Shown here one piece after another: positions 51,905 through 63,429 of a stretch of DNA of 64,000 nt. The DNA is from Macrostomum lignano (Eukaryota). Numbering within the stretch: the stretch's first letter is position 1; every line of letters starts with the position of its first letter. The stretch spans positions 310,001 through 374,000 of the forward strand of contig NIVC01000201.1 in assembly GCA_002269645.1 (NCBI GenBank), given 5' to 3'. Position numbers and translations under genes: made by a program. The notes beneath the pieces are model-generated. The model saw nothing but the letters and a program-made list of their open reading frames with translations. It made no database searches and was not told where the DNA came from.

Positions 51905-52830
51905 TCACTGCTGTTTTTTGCGACTGCTCCTTCTTGTCACTGCTCCTTCTTGTCACTGCTCCTTGTCACTGCTCCTTCTTGTCACTGCTCCTTCTTGTCA
52001 CTGCTCCTTGTCACTGCTCCTTCTTGTCACTGCTCCTTCTTGTCACTGCTCCTTGTCACTGCTACTTCTTGTCACTGCTACTTCTTGTCACTGCTCCTTG
52101 TCACTGCTCCTTCTTGTCACTGCTCCTTGTCACTGCTACTTCTTGTCACTGCTACTTCTTGTCACTGCTCCTTGTCACTGCTACTTCTTGTCACTGCTCC
52201 TTCTTGTCACTGCTCCTTCTTGTCACTGCTCCTTGTCACTGCTACTTCTTGTCACTGCTACTTCTTGTCACTGCTCCTTGTCACTGCTCCTTCTTGTCAC
52301 TGCTCCTTCTTGTCACTGCTCCTTCTTGTCACTGCTACTTCTTGTCACTGCTCCTTGTCACTGCTACTTCTTGTCACTGCTCCTTGTCACTGCTCTTTCT
52401 TGTCACTGCTACTTGTCACTGCTTCTTGTCACTGCTACTTCTTGTCACTGCTCCTTCTTGTCACTGCTCCTTGTCACTGCTACTTCTTGTCACTGCTCCT
52501 TGTCACTGCTACTTCTTGTCACTGCTTCTTGTCACTGCTACTTCTTGTCACTGCTCCTTGTCACTGCTACTTCTTGTCACTGCTACTTCTTGTCACTGCT
52601 CCTTCTTGTCACTGCTTCTTGTCACTGCTACTTCTTGTCACTGCTTCTTGTCACTGCTCCTTCTTGTCACTGCTACTTCTTGTCACTACTTCTTGTCACT
52701 GCTACGTCTTGTCACTACTCTATCCTTGTCACTTCTATATTCTTGTCACTGCTCCTTCTTGTCACTGCTTCTTGTCACTGCTACTTCTTGTCACTGCTTC
52801 TTGTCACTACTCCTTCTTGTCACTCCTTTG
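51905..52830 (+). repeat. Composite minisatellite of TGTCACTGC-based units of variable length
   Basis: Units such as CTTCTTGTCACTGCTC and CTTGTCACTGCTA. It lacks stops on the plus strand, producing spurious ORFs. Confidence 0.9.
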
Positions 52831-54159
52831 CCATCGCCACTCCTTGTTCATTGTTACTGTTTGACTTCTCTGCCTGCCATTTGTCACTCTACTGTCAGCC
52901 CTTAGCACTTCCTTGTAACTGGCTGGTCGTTGACTGTTTCAACTTGTCGTCTGGAAGGATGCATATTTTCCATTTTAGCCGCATTTTTTCCATCTTTTTT
53001 CAAATAATGCATTAAGAGAAAAAGTTTTGAAAAAATTCATGGGTTTTGAAACACACTGCAGTTGCTTTCTAAATTCGATAAATATCGTATTTTGTTGACA
53101 AAAAATTAGTTTATTCCGATTGACCTGCACAACAAATAAAGATTTTTTAAATGTGTCTATTGGTTAATAATCGTATTCTAGTTAAAAGTACGCAGAGTCA
53201 CATCGCGAGTCTAAAAGTACAAGTACATTATTATGCGTTCAAGGTGCCACAGGGTTGGGTATCGATTGGTGAGACGCACAGCAATAAAAGATAAACTCGC
53301 TAAATAAGCAGTTTGCTACACTAAATAATTAATAAAACAAACAAAACGGACATTTTGAGTCCAAATGATTAAAACAAACGCCGCAACTAATATTCAAAAG
53401 CGCGTCACTTGTGACTGAGCAGCTATTGCCATAAACGCATCAATAAAATTATGAATGATTGGAAAATTCAACTAAAAACAGCGATGCTAAATATAAAAGA
53501 ATAATAAAAATTCTTATGTCGATGCTTACAACCATTGATTTGTGCGCGATTCCACTACTTAGGCGGATAAGTAGTAAGTAACGCTAGTACTATAAGTAGC
53601 TATATCTAAAATATCTAGAAAACTAGAGCAATGTATATGGCAGATATCAAAATTGTCTACATCACAAATAGAACAAATTAATTATGCTAATTAGAGCAAT
53701 TATATACTCGAATACAGCGTTAATCGAATTATTCCAATAAAAATCATAAGTCAGGGAACGCAAAGTTCAGTCCCGGCATTATTTCAATTAATTGTTACTA
53801 TAGTGCATTAAAACAAGCTTGAAGTAACGAAAAAAATAAAGAAAAGTAGAACTAATACATATAATACATATACATATTAAATATTTCAAGTATGCAGAGC
53901 ACAGAAAATTCCATTTCGATTTTTCCTGGCAGCAATTTTCCAGCAATATTTTCTATTATAATTTCGAATGCGAGCGTAAATTAACAGTTGAAAACGAAGC
54001 AATTTTTAATGCGTCGAGATGCGTCAACATGGGCAACAGGAATTTTCAATTGCCTTGATGCAAAGCGATGGAACTCCAGAAAGAGCATGGGGCTCTGTCT
54101 AAACGATGAGTACTACTGATGAAGTTAATTATTAGATGGGTGGAATACTATGATGTGCT

Positions 54160-54460
54160 ATATAATTGATAATAGTAATTGATTACACCTGCCTAATGGG
54201 CAGATGTGCAACCGACAGCTCAGCCGCAGCTATTGCGCGGCGCATCTGAAGGCTGCATACGGCTGTTCAGTCCAAGGACTGGGGGGTCGCCACACACACC
54301 TTCAATTACCCCAGCTAATGCTGGTGCCCATTTTACAGCTGAGTGAACTGAAGCAGTGCAGAGTCTTGTTCAAGTACACAAACTGCTCCAGTGGGATCGG
54401 GAATCGAACCCCTGACCTTCAAGTTGTGAGTCAGCGCTTTAACCACTAGGCTACAACACA
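54160..54460 (-). mobile_element. tRNA-derived SINE
   Basis: Minus strand: A-box TAGCCTAGTGG, B-box GGTTCGATTCC, then a body containing TTCACTCAGCTGTAAAATGGGCACC typical of metazoan SINE cores, and an AT-rich tail. The acceptor stem is not intact. Confidence 0.75.
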
Positions 54461-54705
54461 TGTACTATATGCATATAGCGTAGTGACTTCTCTTCGATCC
54501 CTGAGAAATGGCACAAATACAGGTGACCAAAATCAAGGCTGTGATTCAAGCTACATTTCAGAGTGCCGCATCTGGAGTTCCACACCAGGATAAACAATTT
54601 TTTTTTAAATCTTGCAGATGTTTGTTTAAATTATATAATAGAGCAAAAACGATAAACAGGTTTTCAAGTTTGAAACAATTTCAACAGACTTCCCTAGAAG
54701 GTTGA

Positions 54706-57700
54706 TTAGTATCCGTACCCTCCGCTCCGGTACTGACCGCCCATGCCTTGTTGCTGCTGCTGCTGCTGCTGCTGCTGCACTCTGGGAGTGGCGCTGTAGA
54801 TGTCGCTGTAGCCCTGCTGCTGCTGCTGCTGCTGCTGCGGCTGTGTTGTAGGATTGTAGGGCGCGTGTGCCGGGCTCCTGGGCGCATTGCCGGCTGCAAT
54901 AATGGCCGTTGGCGTTAATTCAGATAGGAGGTCAGGTGTGTGTCGCGCTTGAATAATTATGGATGACAATCAAGCTCTTATTGGCGAAAGCTTTTCCGCA
55001 CTTTTAGAAACAGCTGTTGATGCCATAAAACCACAGATACTAAAATAACTAGATGGGCCACTCAGAGAAATATACTTAGTAAAACAGCTTTTTACTTTCA
55101 GTTCAGTAGCAAAGAAGAATACATAAGCTATTTTATAAAGATAAAGGCAGGGGCCCGTGCTATAGAATACTCTTAACTCCTAAATCCTTAAGAGTGTCCT
55201 AACTCCTAGCTCCTAGCTGGCTTTTCTGTGCTATAGAATCAAGAGTCAATTTTAAGAGCTAGGAGGCTCCTTAAGGACGTTAGGAGACTCCTTGGTGAAT
55301 TTAGGAGAACTCATTAAGGTTTGTCGCGTGCTATAGAATAAGGAGCGGAGCGTAGGAGCTAGGAGCTAGGAATTGCCGTTTAGGAGTGAGTTTTAGGAGT
55401 GCGTGTCCTATAGAAGGAGCGAAACTCATTTCTAGCTCCTAACTCCTAGTTAGGACTTCAAGGGCCAAATTTCACTCTTAGGTTATAGTAGGATCGTGTG
55501 ATTCGTTTCTTTTTTCATGTTTTCGGACAGTGAGCTAGGCTCGGACGATGAGGGAGCTAATGATCGACGACCCAGACAATTTAAGCAGAGGATTAACTTT
55601 TTTGAAGAATATAATACTGTGTCACGATTTCGGCTCAATGAGAATCAACTCGCTAGCCTGACGAATCGAATTCGAAATCGAATTGAACACCGAACTGGTT
55701 GTAACTATGCTTTAAGTGCCGAGCAGCAAGTGAGGCTTTCGATTCGCTTTTTGGCCAAAGGAGCAGACTATAGAACGATTGGAGATGCACATGGAGTCTC
55801 AAAAAGTAGTGTTTTCTACGCTTCATCGCTTTAACAAACGCAACTTTTTGGTTTGCTTGCATTGTTTGAATTCACGAATTGCTCCTATAGTTACTCCTTA
55901 AGGTGCGTACATTTAGGAGTTTATTATAGCACGCAGATTGGCAGACTCCTTAGCCAATCGCCTTACACTCCTTAGAACTCCTCACTCCTATGCTGCACTC
56001 CTTAAAACAACTCCTAGCTCCTACTCTTGATTCTTGAACTCTATAGCACACAAAATCGATTCGCTCCTTGCTAGGAGCACTCCTGACTCCTAACTCCTTA
56101 CTCTTTGCTCTTAAATCTATAGCACGGGCCCCAGATGAAATGACTGATAAGTTTAGAAGCCCACAAGCTTGCAGGCGTAAACAACTTGCTAATTGGTTCA
56201 GCAATAATGTACATTAGCCAGTCCACTGAAATGTACATACGAGCGCACCAGCTTTAGGCTGGAATTCCGAAGAAAGGCAATAAAATTGGGGCGGGGCGGG
56301 GGTAGTGTGAAAAGGAGCCGTTCGAGGGTTTATGCTGGGAGTAAGAGGCAATAAAATGAGCCATGGCTTTAAAAATACATTAAAATGCTTCTGTTTAACT
56401 TACTACTGAACTGAAAGTAGTTTACACGCAAATGTGCTGAGTGGCCTATTTAGTTATTCTTCTAAGTTCTAAGTTTCAAAGCATTCTAAGTTATTCTTAG
56501 AATCTGTGCATAAAACTGAATTCCCAGTTAAATAAAGAAAATATGAATGATCGTAATTTTTTGAACAAATATGCAAATTTAAAGCCTGTGCCATGCTGAG
56601 ATGCCATGCTGAGATGCCATGCTGAGACTGCCTACGCAAGCCTAACTTGCAAGAAGTCCGCAGCTTAAAGATTTTAGTAGTGAAATTATCAGAGGAAAGC
56701 GGGAAAGAAATTGAAACTGATCGAACATGGCCTGGCATTTCTACTGTTGAACGTGAAGCCCTCACCCTGCATGGCCTCCATGTTCAGCCGGCTGCTGGAG
56801 TTCTCCCGATGCTGCGCCAGCGGAACGCCGTGGGGCGCCAGGAAGTTGGAGTCGCCAGCCGGCAGGTACTGCTGCGGCTCCTCGTCGCGGTCGTTGGCCT
56901 CCATGGCGCTGGGCGGTACGCCCTGCAGTTTGGACTCGCGCCAGTAGAAATTCAGAGCCGCAAACAGCAGCATGACGATCGTGCTGGCGAAACCGTAGGA
57001 GCGGAGCATGCTGTCGGAGCCTGCGGGTTCGGTTTCGCAGCGATGTGCGAGCGTGGGGCGCCTTTCTAATGTACATCGAAGTTGGAAAATGGAAAAATAT
57101 TCACTGTGGAGACAGGAAAAATTCATGTTTTTTTTCATAAAAATCAGTGATATTGAATTTGATTTGGGGCGGTGATGATTAACCTGTGTTTTAATCTAGC
57201 ATGCACTGCATGTTAGTCTGTGTGCTTGCTAAATTAAAGAGGTGGCAATCTTCACTGCCACAGATCAAATGAAATCAGTGATTTGGTGATGAAAAAGATT
57301 TTTCCTGGATATTGGCCTCCAAAAAACGACACGATCGTTGAGAGTTTTACGTCCTGTTATGCTTCAATAATTCTTGAGTACATACACCCTGTACATGCAT
57401 GGGCTCAAGCGATGAGTAACATGGGCGTGTGCCCGCCCGCCCGACTCCTCCAACTCACCGTATTTGGCCGTGACCAGCCCGCCAAAGATGGCGCCAAGCC
57501 CGCGGCCCAGGCCGTGATGAACGCCCTGCAGGAGGCCCTGCGAGGCGGGCCGGGCCTCCACCGGGATGTTCTGAGAGATGTAGGAGCAGACGGCGGCCCA
57601 GGTGGCGGCGTGCGTCAGGCCCTGCAGGAACTCGAACGGCAGGACCCACCAGGCGCGCTCGACCCAGGAGACGAACAGGAAACGGCAGATGTTGGCCAGG

Positions 57701-59827
57701 AGGCCCAGGTACAGCACCCGGATGTGACCTGAGGCGAAAAGGCGGATTTTTAAACTGCAAGGTCTTTGCCTGGGAGGTGCATCATCCGAGGCACACAGTG
57801 TGCATGCATTGACAAGGGTCCCAGGGTGCCCGCAACCCCCCTGCAATAGTAATTATTTATATTTACTGTCCCTTCCTACCGATGGAGTTGATCAGCTTGT
57901 CTGAGTGCATGTAGGCCAGCAGCTCGGAGATGTGGTTCACAATGGAAGCCGCGCCGAACAGGGTGGGGCCGCCGCCGATGTCCTGCAGGTGCCAGAACAG
58001 CAGCGAGAACACGATGCCATTGCCGATGCCCATGAAGAAGGTGACGAATAGAAAGGCGCCAAGGCGCGGGTTCAGGTAGACCGGCAGGACGCGAATCCAG
58101 GTGCGAAACTGCCAAGTGGCGCCCTCAGTGCTGTAGGGATTCTGTTGCTCCTGCTGCTTCTGTGGATCCCCTGGCTGCTGCTGGTGCTGCAGGCCGTGGA
58201 TGCCCAGCTGCTGTTCCAGAATTTGCTCGTCTGTGCCTTTCATGGACTGCCCACCGGGCTCCTGCGGTAGGGGATTGGCACAGTGTGAGGTTCGGTGAAA
58301 CATGGGGACAGGCGCCCGGCGGAAGAACTGAAAACAGTAATTTTAATTTAATCAAATCCCGTCTTCCTACCTCGGGCAGCGGCTCCGGATTTCCCTCCTC
58401 GTCCAGCCTCCCGCGATCCTTCATCGTGCGGCCGCGATTAATGACCGAGTCGCGAAATTTGTCCTTCATCACCTTCAGGTACATCTGCTCGGAGCCGGCG
58501 CCTCCGGGAGCGTCATTGTCAAAGCTGGTGGATTTTTTTAAAGAAAAAAGTACGGAATTGAATTTTTGGGTGGCTAAATAATATTCTCAGTGGAAAGTCA
58601 GATTGCAAACAGCTAAGTGAAAAACCGGAAGTTGGTTTTGAGTAGCTCAAATGAGGAGCCGGAAGTTGGTTCGGAGTAGTTCAAATGAGGAACCGGAAGT
58701 GGGTTTTTGAGTAGCCAATCAATAAACCGGAAGTGGCTTTTTGAGTAGCCAATCAATAAACCGGAAGTGGATTTTTGAGTAGCCAATCAATAAACCGGAA
58801 GTGGCTTTTTGAGTAGCCAATCAGTAAACCGGAAGTGGGTTTTTATGTAGCCAATCAGTAAACCGGAAGTGGCTTAGCGGCATTTCGGAACTCACTGGAA
58901 CTGAGTCGAAACCGCCAGAGCGCACAGCATGAAGAGGGTGAAGGTGGCGAAGCACATTATGTAATTCTTCTCCCTCTCGGCGGGGAAGCGGCACGGGTGC
59001 TTGAAGAAGGTGGTGCTGAGGTCCAGCCCGATGCCGACGATGAACATGGCGATGCCCCAGCCGATGCTGCCGAACATCCGCTGCCGGCCGTAGTTCTCCG
59101 ACTTGCCCTCGATGGCGGCCTGGGTGGCGATGTCGGCCAGGCTGTTGGCCGGCGCGGAGGTGAACTCGCCGATGATCATGAGGAACAGGATGATGACGAA
59201 GGCCTTGCCGATCTCGGCAGTCGAGTACACCACGGTGGAGTAGCGCGGCATCGCCAGGCCCGGCTGGCCGGCCTTGTCCAGCATGATGGGGTTCTCGCCC
59301 ACCATCTGCGACCAGCGCTCGTGCGGATTGTTGATGATGCGCTTCCGCTGGCTCAGCGCGATGTCGAAGTCTCCGGCGACCACCACCTCGGTGGATCGGT
59401 TCTCCGACTCCACCAGGCAGCCGAAGGGCGCCGGGTTGACGATGGCGATGGCCACGGTGAAGATGAGCCAGCAGGCGGTGGACACGATGAGGATGAGGCG
59501 GCATTTGCGCCACTTCTCCGCCAGGCCGGTCCAGAACGGGGCGGCGAAGAACTGGATGAGCGGTCGGATGCCGATGAGGGTGCCGGCCTGAGCCGCGTTC
59601 ATGCCGAGCTGCTTAAAGTACACCGCCATCAGCGGGTAGACGGAGCCGAAGGCGGCGAAGAAGAAGAAGTAGAACAGCTTGTAGATGCTCAGCGACTTGT
59701 CGAAGTAGCCCCCAAGGAAGCGCAAAAATTCGTTGGCGCGCTGGCCGCGGTTCTGGCCTTCGGTTGGCTCGGCGGCCGGCAGCGGTACCTCGTGGGGCAG
59801 CGGCTCGTCCGTGGGGACCGGCTGCAT
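54706..59827 (-). CDS. MFSD6: Major facilitator superfamily transporter, MFSD6 homolog, 6 exons, about 748 aa
   Basis: Exons 59827-58896, 58524-58371, 58327-57880, 57728-57459, 57020-56766, 54893-54706 (2247 nt, in frame). Motifs KLFYFFFFAAFGSVYPLMAVYFKQLGM, YGRQRMFGSIGWG, LFWHLQDIGG, IG|HIRVLYLGL and LQGLTHAATWAA. Gln-rich C-terminus. Confidence 0.88.
55047..56455. mobile_element. Inverted-repeat element hosting the Harbinger insertion, in the last MFSD6 intron
   Basis: AACTAGATGGGCCACTCAG (55047-55065) pairs with CTGAGTGGCCTATTTAGTT (56437-56455). TACTTTCAGTTCAGTAG (55093-55109) pairs with CTACTGAACTGAAAGTA (56403-56419). Confidence 0.6.
55151..56131 (+). mobile_element. Non-autonomous PIF/Harbinger deletion derivative, 981 bp
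   Basis: TIR GGGCCCGTGCTATAGA / TCTATAGCACGGGCCC and 3 bp TSD CAG on both sides. ORF 55517-55834 (FRL...ALSAEQQVRLSIRFLAKGADYRTIGDAHGVSKSSV) matches the N-terminal HTH of HARBI1-type transposases; the DDE domain is missing. Confidence 0.88.
58620..58875 (+). repeat. About 34-35 bp intronic minisatellite
   Basis: Unit AAACCGGAAGTGGCTTTTTGAGTAGCCAATCA(A/G)T. Confidence 0.9.
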
Positions 59828-61923
59828 CTTAGCGGCTGCTGGTTTGATGTCCGTGGAGATCTGGCGGGCAGCTGTCTCAGAGCAGGGAGCGGCAAGCGGG
59901 GAGGACTTCTTCTAGACTCAACCGGAGAGTTTATGCCGAGGGCGCGGTGAGATGGAGAAAAGGGGAAGAGGCTGGGGGTTGCCGAGGATGGGATGGGATG
60001 GGAGAGGCGGCCGTATTGATTCTGAACAGGGCAGGGCGGGTCGGAGCTGCGAGAAGGCGGAGGAGGGCGGGAAGGAAGAGACGGGAAGAGAAAACTTTTG
60101 CGGCGGGGCAGAAGCTCTCGGTGGCTCTCAAGAGAGGCAGAGCGCTGGAACAGCTACTCAATTCTGCATCTCCTCCCAGCCTCCCTGTCCGCAGCCCGGG
60201 TAGTGCGGATTTCATTGGCTCCAGCGCGCCTCCCCCTTTCCTACTCCGGCGGCTTCCTCATCATCCGCGGACAGAGCTGAGCAGAGTGCTCAGATTTCTT
60301 CCCTATCCCGCCGCCGGCAGCGCACAGCCAACTCCGACGTACTTCTATCGGCCGCGCGCAGCGATCGACTTGGGCTGCAGGCAAGCCGGAGTGCGGAGGA
60401 GGCGGAGAAACTGAAAACTCACTGAAAACTGGGGAGTCAGACGGCTTATCCGCCTCGCATCCTTCGTGCACTGCGACTCGGCAGCTGCAGGCTCTGAGGA
60501 TTTGCTGCTCAGGATGTTGGGATTTTTGGCAAGAAAATTGAGGAAGCTGCGAGCGGATCTGTTGGCAGATCAGCATATCTGTACCAATATTTGTAGCTCA
60601 TTTTTCGTAATTTATAAATAGAATTAATTTGAATTATTGTCGGTCTATGCAAACTTATATGTAAGTGCAGATAAAAAGTTACCAAAAGACCAAGGGCCCG
60701 TTCTATAAAGCCATCGTAAGATAAGATCGTAAAAGTACGTACGATCGAACTTACGCTACGACAGCTTTACAGTACGACCCCCAAGTCAAGTTCATCAAAG
60801 TCATTTTAAATACCAGACTCATTCGTTTCTGTGCATTTCCCTCATGCTCAAGCTGCCCTGTCAAGTGCCAGTTAAGTCTTCGCAGATTAGACTGAATTTT
60901 ATGCACTTTAGAGATGGCTATGTTCAACTTGGGTTGGATATCGGGGCTACAATTGTACTTGACAAAACACCGACATTGTCACACAACCGGCGAGAGGCGT
61001 TACTGCCCATTCCGCCGACTCCCCATCAGCAGGCACACAAGCGCGCGGATACGTCCGCCCCAGTCATATGCACCGACACACTCACACGGGAGTGCACAGC
61101 GGCCCTGACTTTAGTTATCGTTAGGCATGTACACTTCACTGTGCCTGGCACTCAAGGCCTTAAATATGCACGAGCAGAGCCAAGCCGAGATTGCTATTTA
61201 GCCCCAACTGACTGCACTTGACTGGCCCAGGCTGCCTACGCTCGTAAAAGCGCCGCAAAAGAAAGGTGATTTCTGTATATAGAGGTGATTTTACAGTCCC
61301 ATCGAGTTGCATCTAAGTACCTTTTATTATACATGTAGTTGCATGCAAAAATGAAACAATAATTTGGGAATGTCAAACTACGGGATGAGCATTTGACATT
61401 TGCCTACCAATACAGGACAACCATGCCCTCACCATTTTGCTCCGAAAATATTAAAAAGTTCCTATCCTGTCGAAAGTAACCTTTCTGAGACAAAGTGTTT
61501 AGTTCGACTTAGCAGTCCCTGATGAAACTCATAATTATCTGTAGATCAAAGGATCCACTACAAGATTTGATGCCTAATTGCAGAGACAGGAACTAAGTCT
61601 GCAAGAAAGATTTATCAGACATTTTTCCTATAATTATCTAGAGACTCGTACCTGCTCCCGCTGATGAGCAGATAGTTTCAGTGTCGCTCTGATCTCGAAA
61701 TCAAAGCATAATTAGAAGTCTTTTTAATCGCGTGTGCGCGACTTCATTCCGGAAGGAGACGTGAACTCTGGGATGACTGAATGTAAGCGATAGCTTACTG
61801 ATAGTAAAGCTATTTGAACATGGCGCGAATTCCTCACATGGTGGACTAGAAAATGTCGCCATGTGCAAGGGCGCATAAATAGCAGTTCCACTCAGTTGGC
61901 TAGAGGTGGAGCCGACCTCGTGT

Positions 61924-61976
61924 GGCTATGACTGACTGACGAGGGCAAACAAGCCCGAAACCGGTCTCAGTCTGCC
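61924..61976 (+). ncRNA. Type I hammerhead ribozyme, copy 1
   Basis: Stem I GACTGA/TCAGTC, core CTGACGA, stem II GGGC-AAACAA-GCCC, GAAA, palindromic CCGG, and GTC cleavage triplet (cut predicted after 61966). Confidence 0.9.
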
Positions 61977-62313
61977 CCGCATGGTTCGATTCCCACTTTT
62001 AGCCGCTGATATCTGGTTCCCTGCAGAGAGCGTACCCGCTGGCCACCCACAGGGTGAGAGCCGAAAAAAATGTGCGCACAAGACGTACAAGTGTACCCTC
62101 CGGCCGCCTAAAAATAGAAGGGCCGAGAAGGGAGAACTGGCAGGAGTGCCAGTCTTTGAAAAGCGGGAAGATGTAAGCGATAGCTTACTGATAGTAAAGC
62201 TATTTGAACATGGCGCGAATTCCTCACATGGTGGACTAGAAAATTTCGCCATGTGCAAGGGCGCATAAATAGCAGTTCCACTCAGTTGGCTAGAGGTGGA
62301 GCCGACCTCGTGT

Positions 62314-62366
62314 GGCTATGACTGACTGACGAGGGCAAACAAGCCCGAAACCGGTCTCAGTCTGCC
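62314..62366 (+). ncRNA. Type I hammerhead ribozyme, copy 2
   Basis: Identical to copy 1; predicted cut after 62356. Confidence 0.9.
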
Positions 62367-62703
62367 CCGCATGGTTCGATTCCCACTTTTAGCCGCTGAT
62401 ATCTGGTTCCCTGCAGAGAGCGTACCCGCTGGCCACCCACAGGGTGAGAGCCGAAAAAAATGTGCGCACAAGACGTACAAGTGTACCCTCCGGCCGCCTA
62501 AAAATAGAAGGGCCGAGAAGGGAGAACTGGCAGGAGTGCCAGTCTTTGAAAAGCGGGAAGATGTAAGCGATAGCTTACTGATAGTAAAGCTATTTGAACA
62601 TGGCGCGAATTCCTCACATGGTGGACTAGAAAATTTCGCCATGTGCAAGGGCGCATAAATAGCAGTTCCACTCAGTTGGCTAGAGGTGGAGCCGACCTCG
62701 TGT

Positions 62704-62756
62704 GGCTATGACTGACTGACGAGGGCAAACAAGCCCGAAACCGGTCTCAGTCTGCC
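62704..62756 (+). ncRNA. Type I hammerhead ribozyme, copy 3
   Basis: Identical to copy 1; predicted cut after 62746. Confidence 0.9.
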
Positions 62757-63093
62757 CCGCATGGTTCGATTCCCACTTTTAGCCGCTGATATCTGGTTCC
62801 CTGCAGAGAGCGTACCCGCTGGCCACCCACAGGGTGAGAGCCGAAAAAAATGTGCGCACAAGACGTACAAGTGTACCCTCCGGCCGCCTAAAAATAGAAG
62901 GGCCGAGAAGGGAGAACTGGCAGGAGTGCCAGTCTTTGAAAAGCGGGAAGATGTAAGCGATAGCTTACTGATAGTAAAGCTATTTGAACATGGCGCGAAT
63001 TCCTCACATGGTGGACTAGAAAATTTCGCCATGTGCAAGGGCGCATAAATAGCAGTTCCACTCAGTTGGCTAGAGGTGGAGCCGACCTCGTGT

Positions 63094-63146
63094 GGCTATG
63101 ACTGACTGACGAGGGCAAACAAGCCCGAAACCGGTCTCAGTCTGCC
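63094..63146 (+). ncRNA. Type I hammerhead ribozyme, copy 4
   Basis: Identical to copy 1; predicted cut after 63136. Confidence 0.9.
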
Positions 63147-63429
63147 CCGCATGGTTCGATTCCCACTTTTAGCCGCTGATACTGAAGCATCACAAATATT
63201 TTAGCTGTGCGGACTGGTTCCGTCATTTTACAAGCGCAGATATATGTATCTTCACTACGCCACTTTGATAAATTACCAATTTGAAATGCCACGATTTTGT
63301 GGCCGCTTGACTCCCTAAATTATTTTAAAATGAAATACGCCTTGGATAATAAACGCACCAAAATGAAAAGTGTATTTCATTAATTACCAAGCCAAGTCGC
63401 TAAGACATCTGCAGGCTATGAGCCCAGTG

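Larger units (their letters stand above)
61781..63180 (+). mobile_element. 390 bp tandem array (3.6 copies) with hammerhead ribozymes; candidate non-LTR retrozyme
   Basis: Period exactly 390 (ATGTAAGCGA at 61781, 62171, 62561, 62951). One difference was seen between copies (G vs T at 61855). There is one hammerhead per unit. Confidence 0.85.

Noticed and set aside
51822-53015. Three long overlapping Cys/Leu/Ser-rich ORFs (304-397 aa)
   Set aside because: All three plus-strand frames are open only because the TGTCACTGC minisatellite lacks stops. There is no domain signature.
54380-54460. Possible functional tRNA gene
   Set aside because: It has A and B boxes but no closing acceptor stem, and it continues into a SINE-like body. 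The same applies to the tRNA-like segments in the Helitrons.
60694-60720. GGGCCCGTTCTATAA, similar to the Harbinger TIR at 55151
   Set aside because: No matching inverted partner was found in the window. It is at most a solo end.
61655-61715. CTGATGAG...CGAAA resembling another hammerhead
   Set aside because: Neither stem II nor stem I can be paired convincingly.
61926-63048. Repeated 95 aa and 110 aa ORFs in the 390 bp array
   Set aside because: They are by-products of the repeat and have no recognisable motif. The hammerhead explains the unit better.
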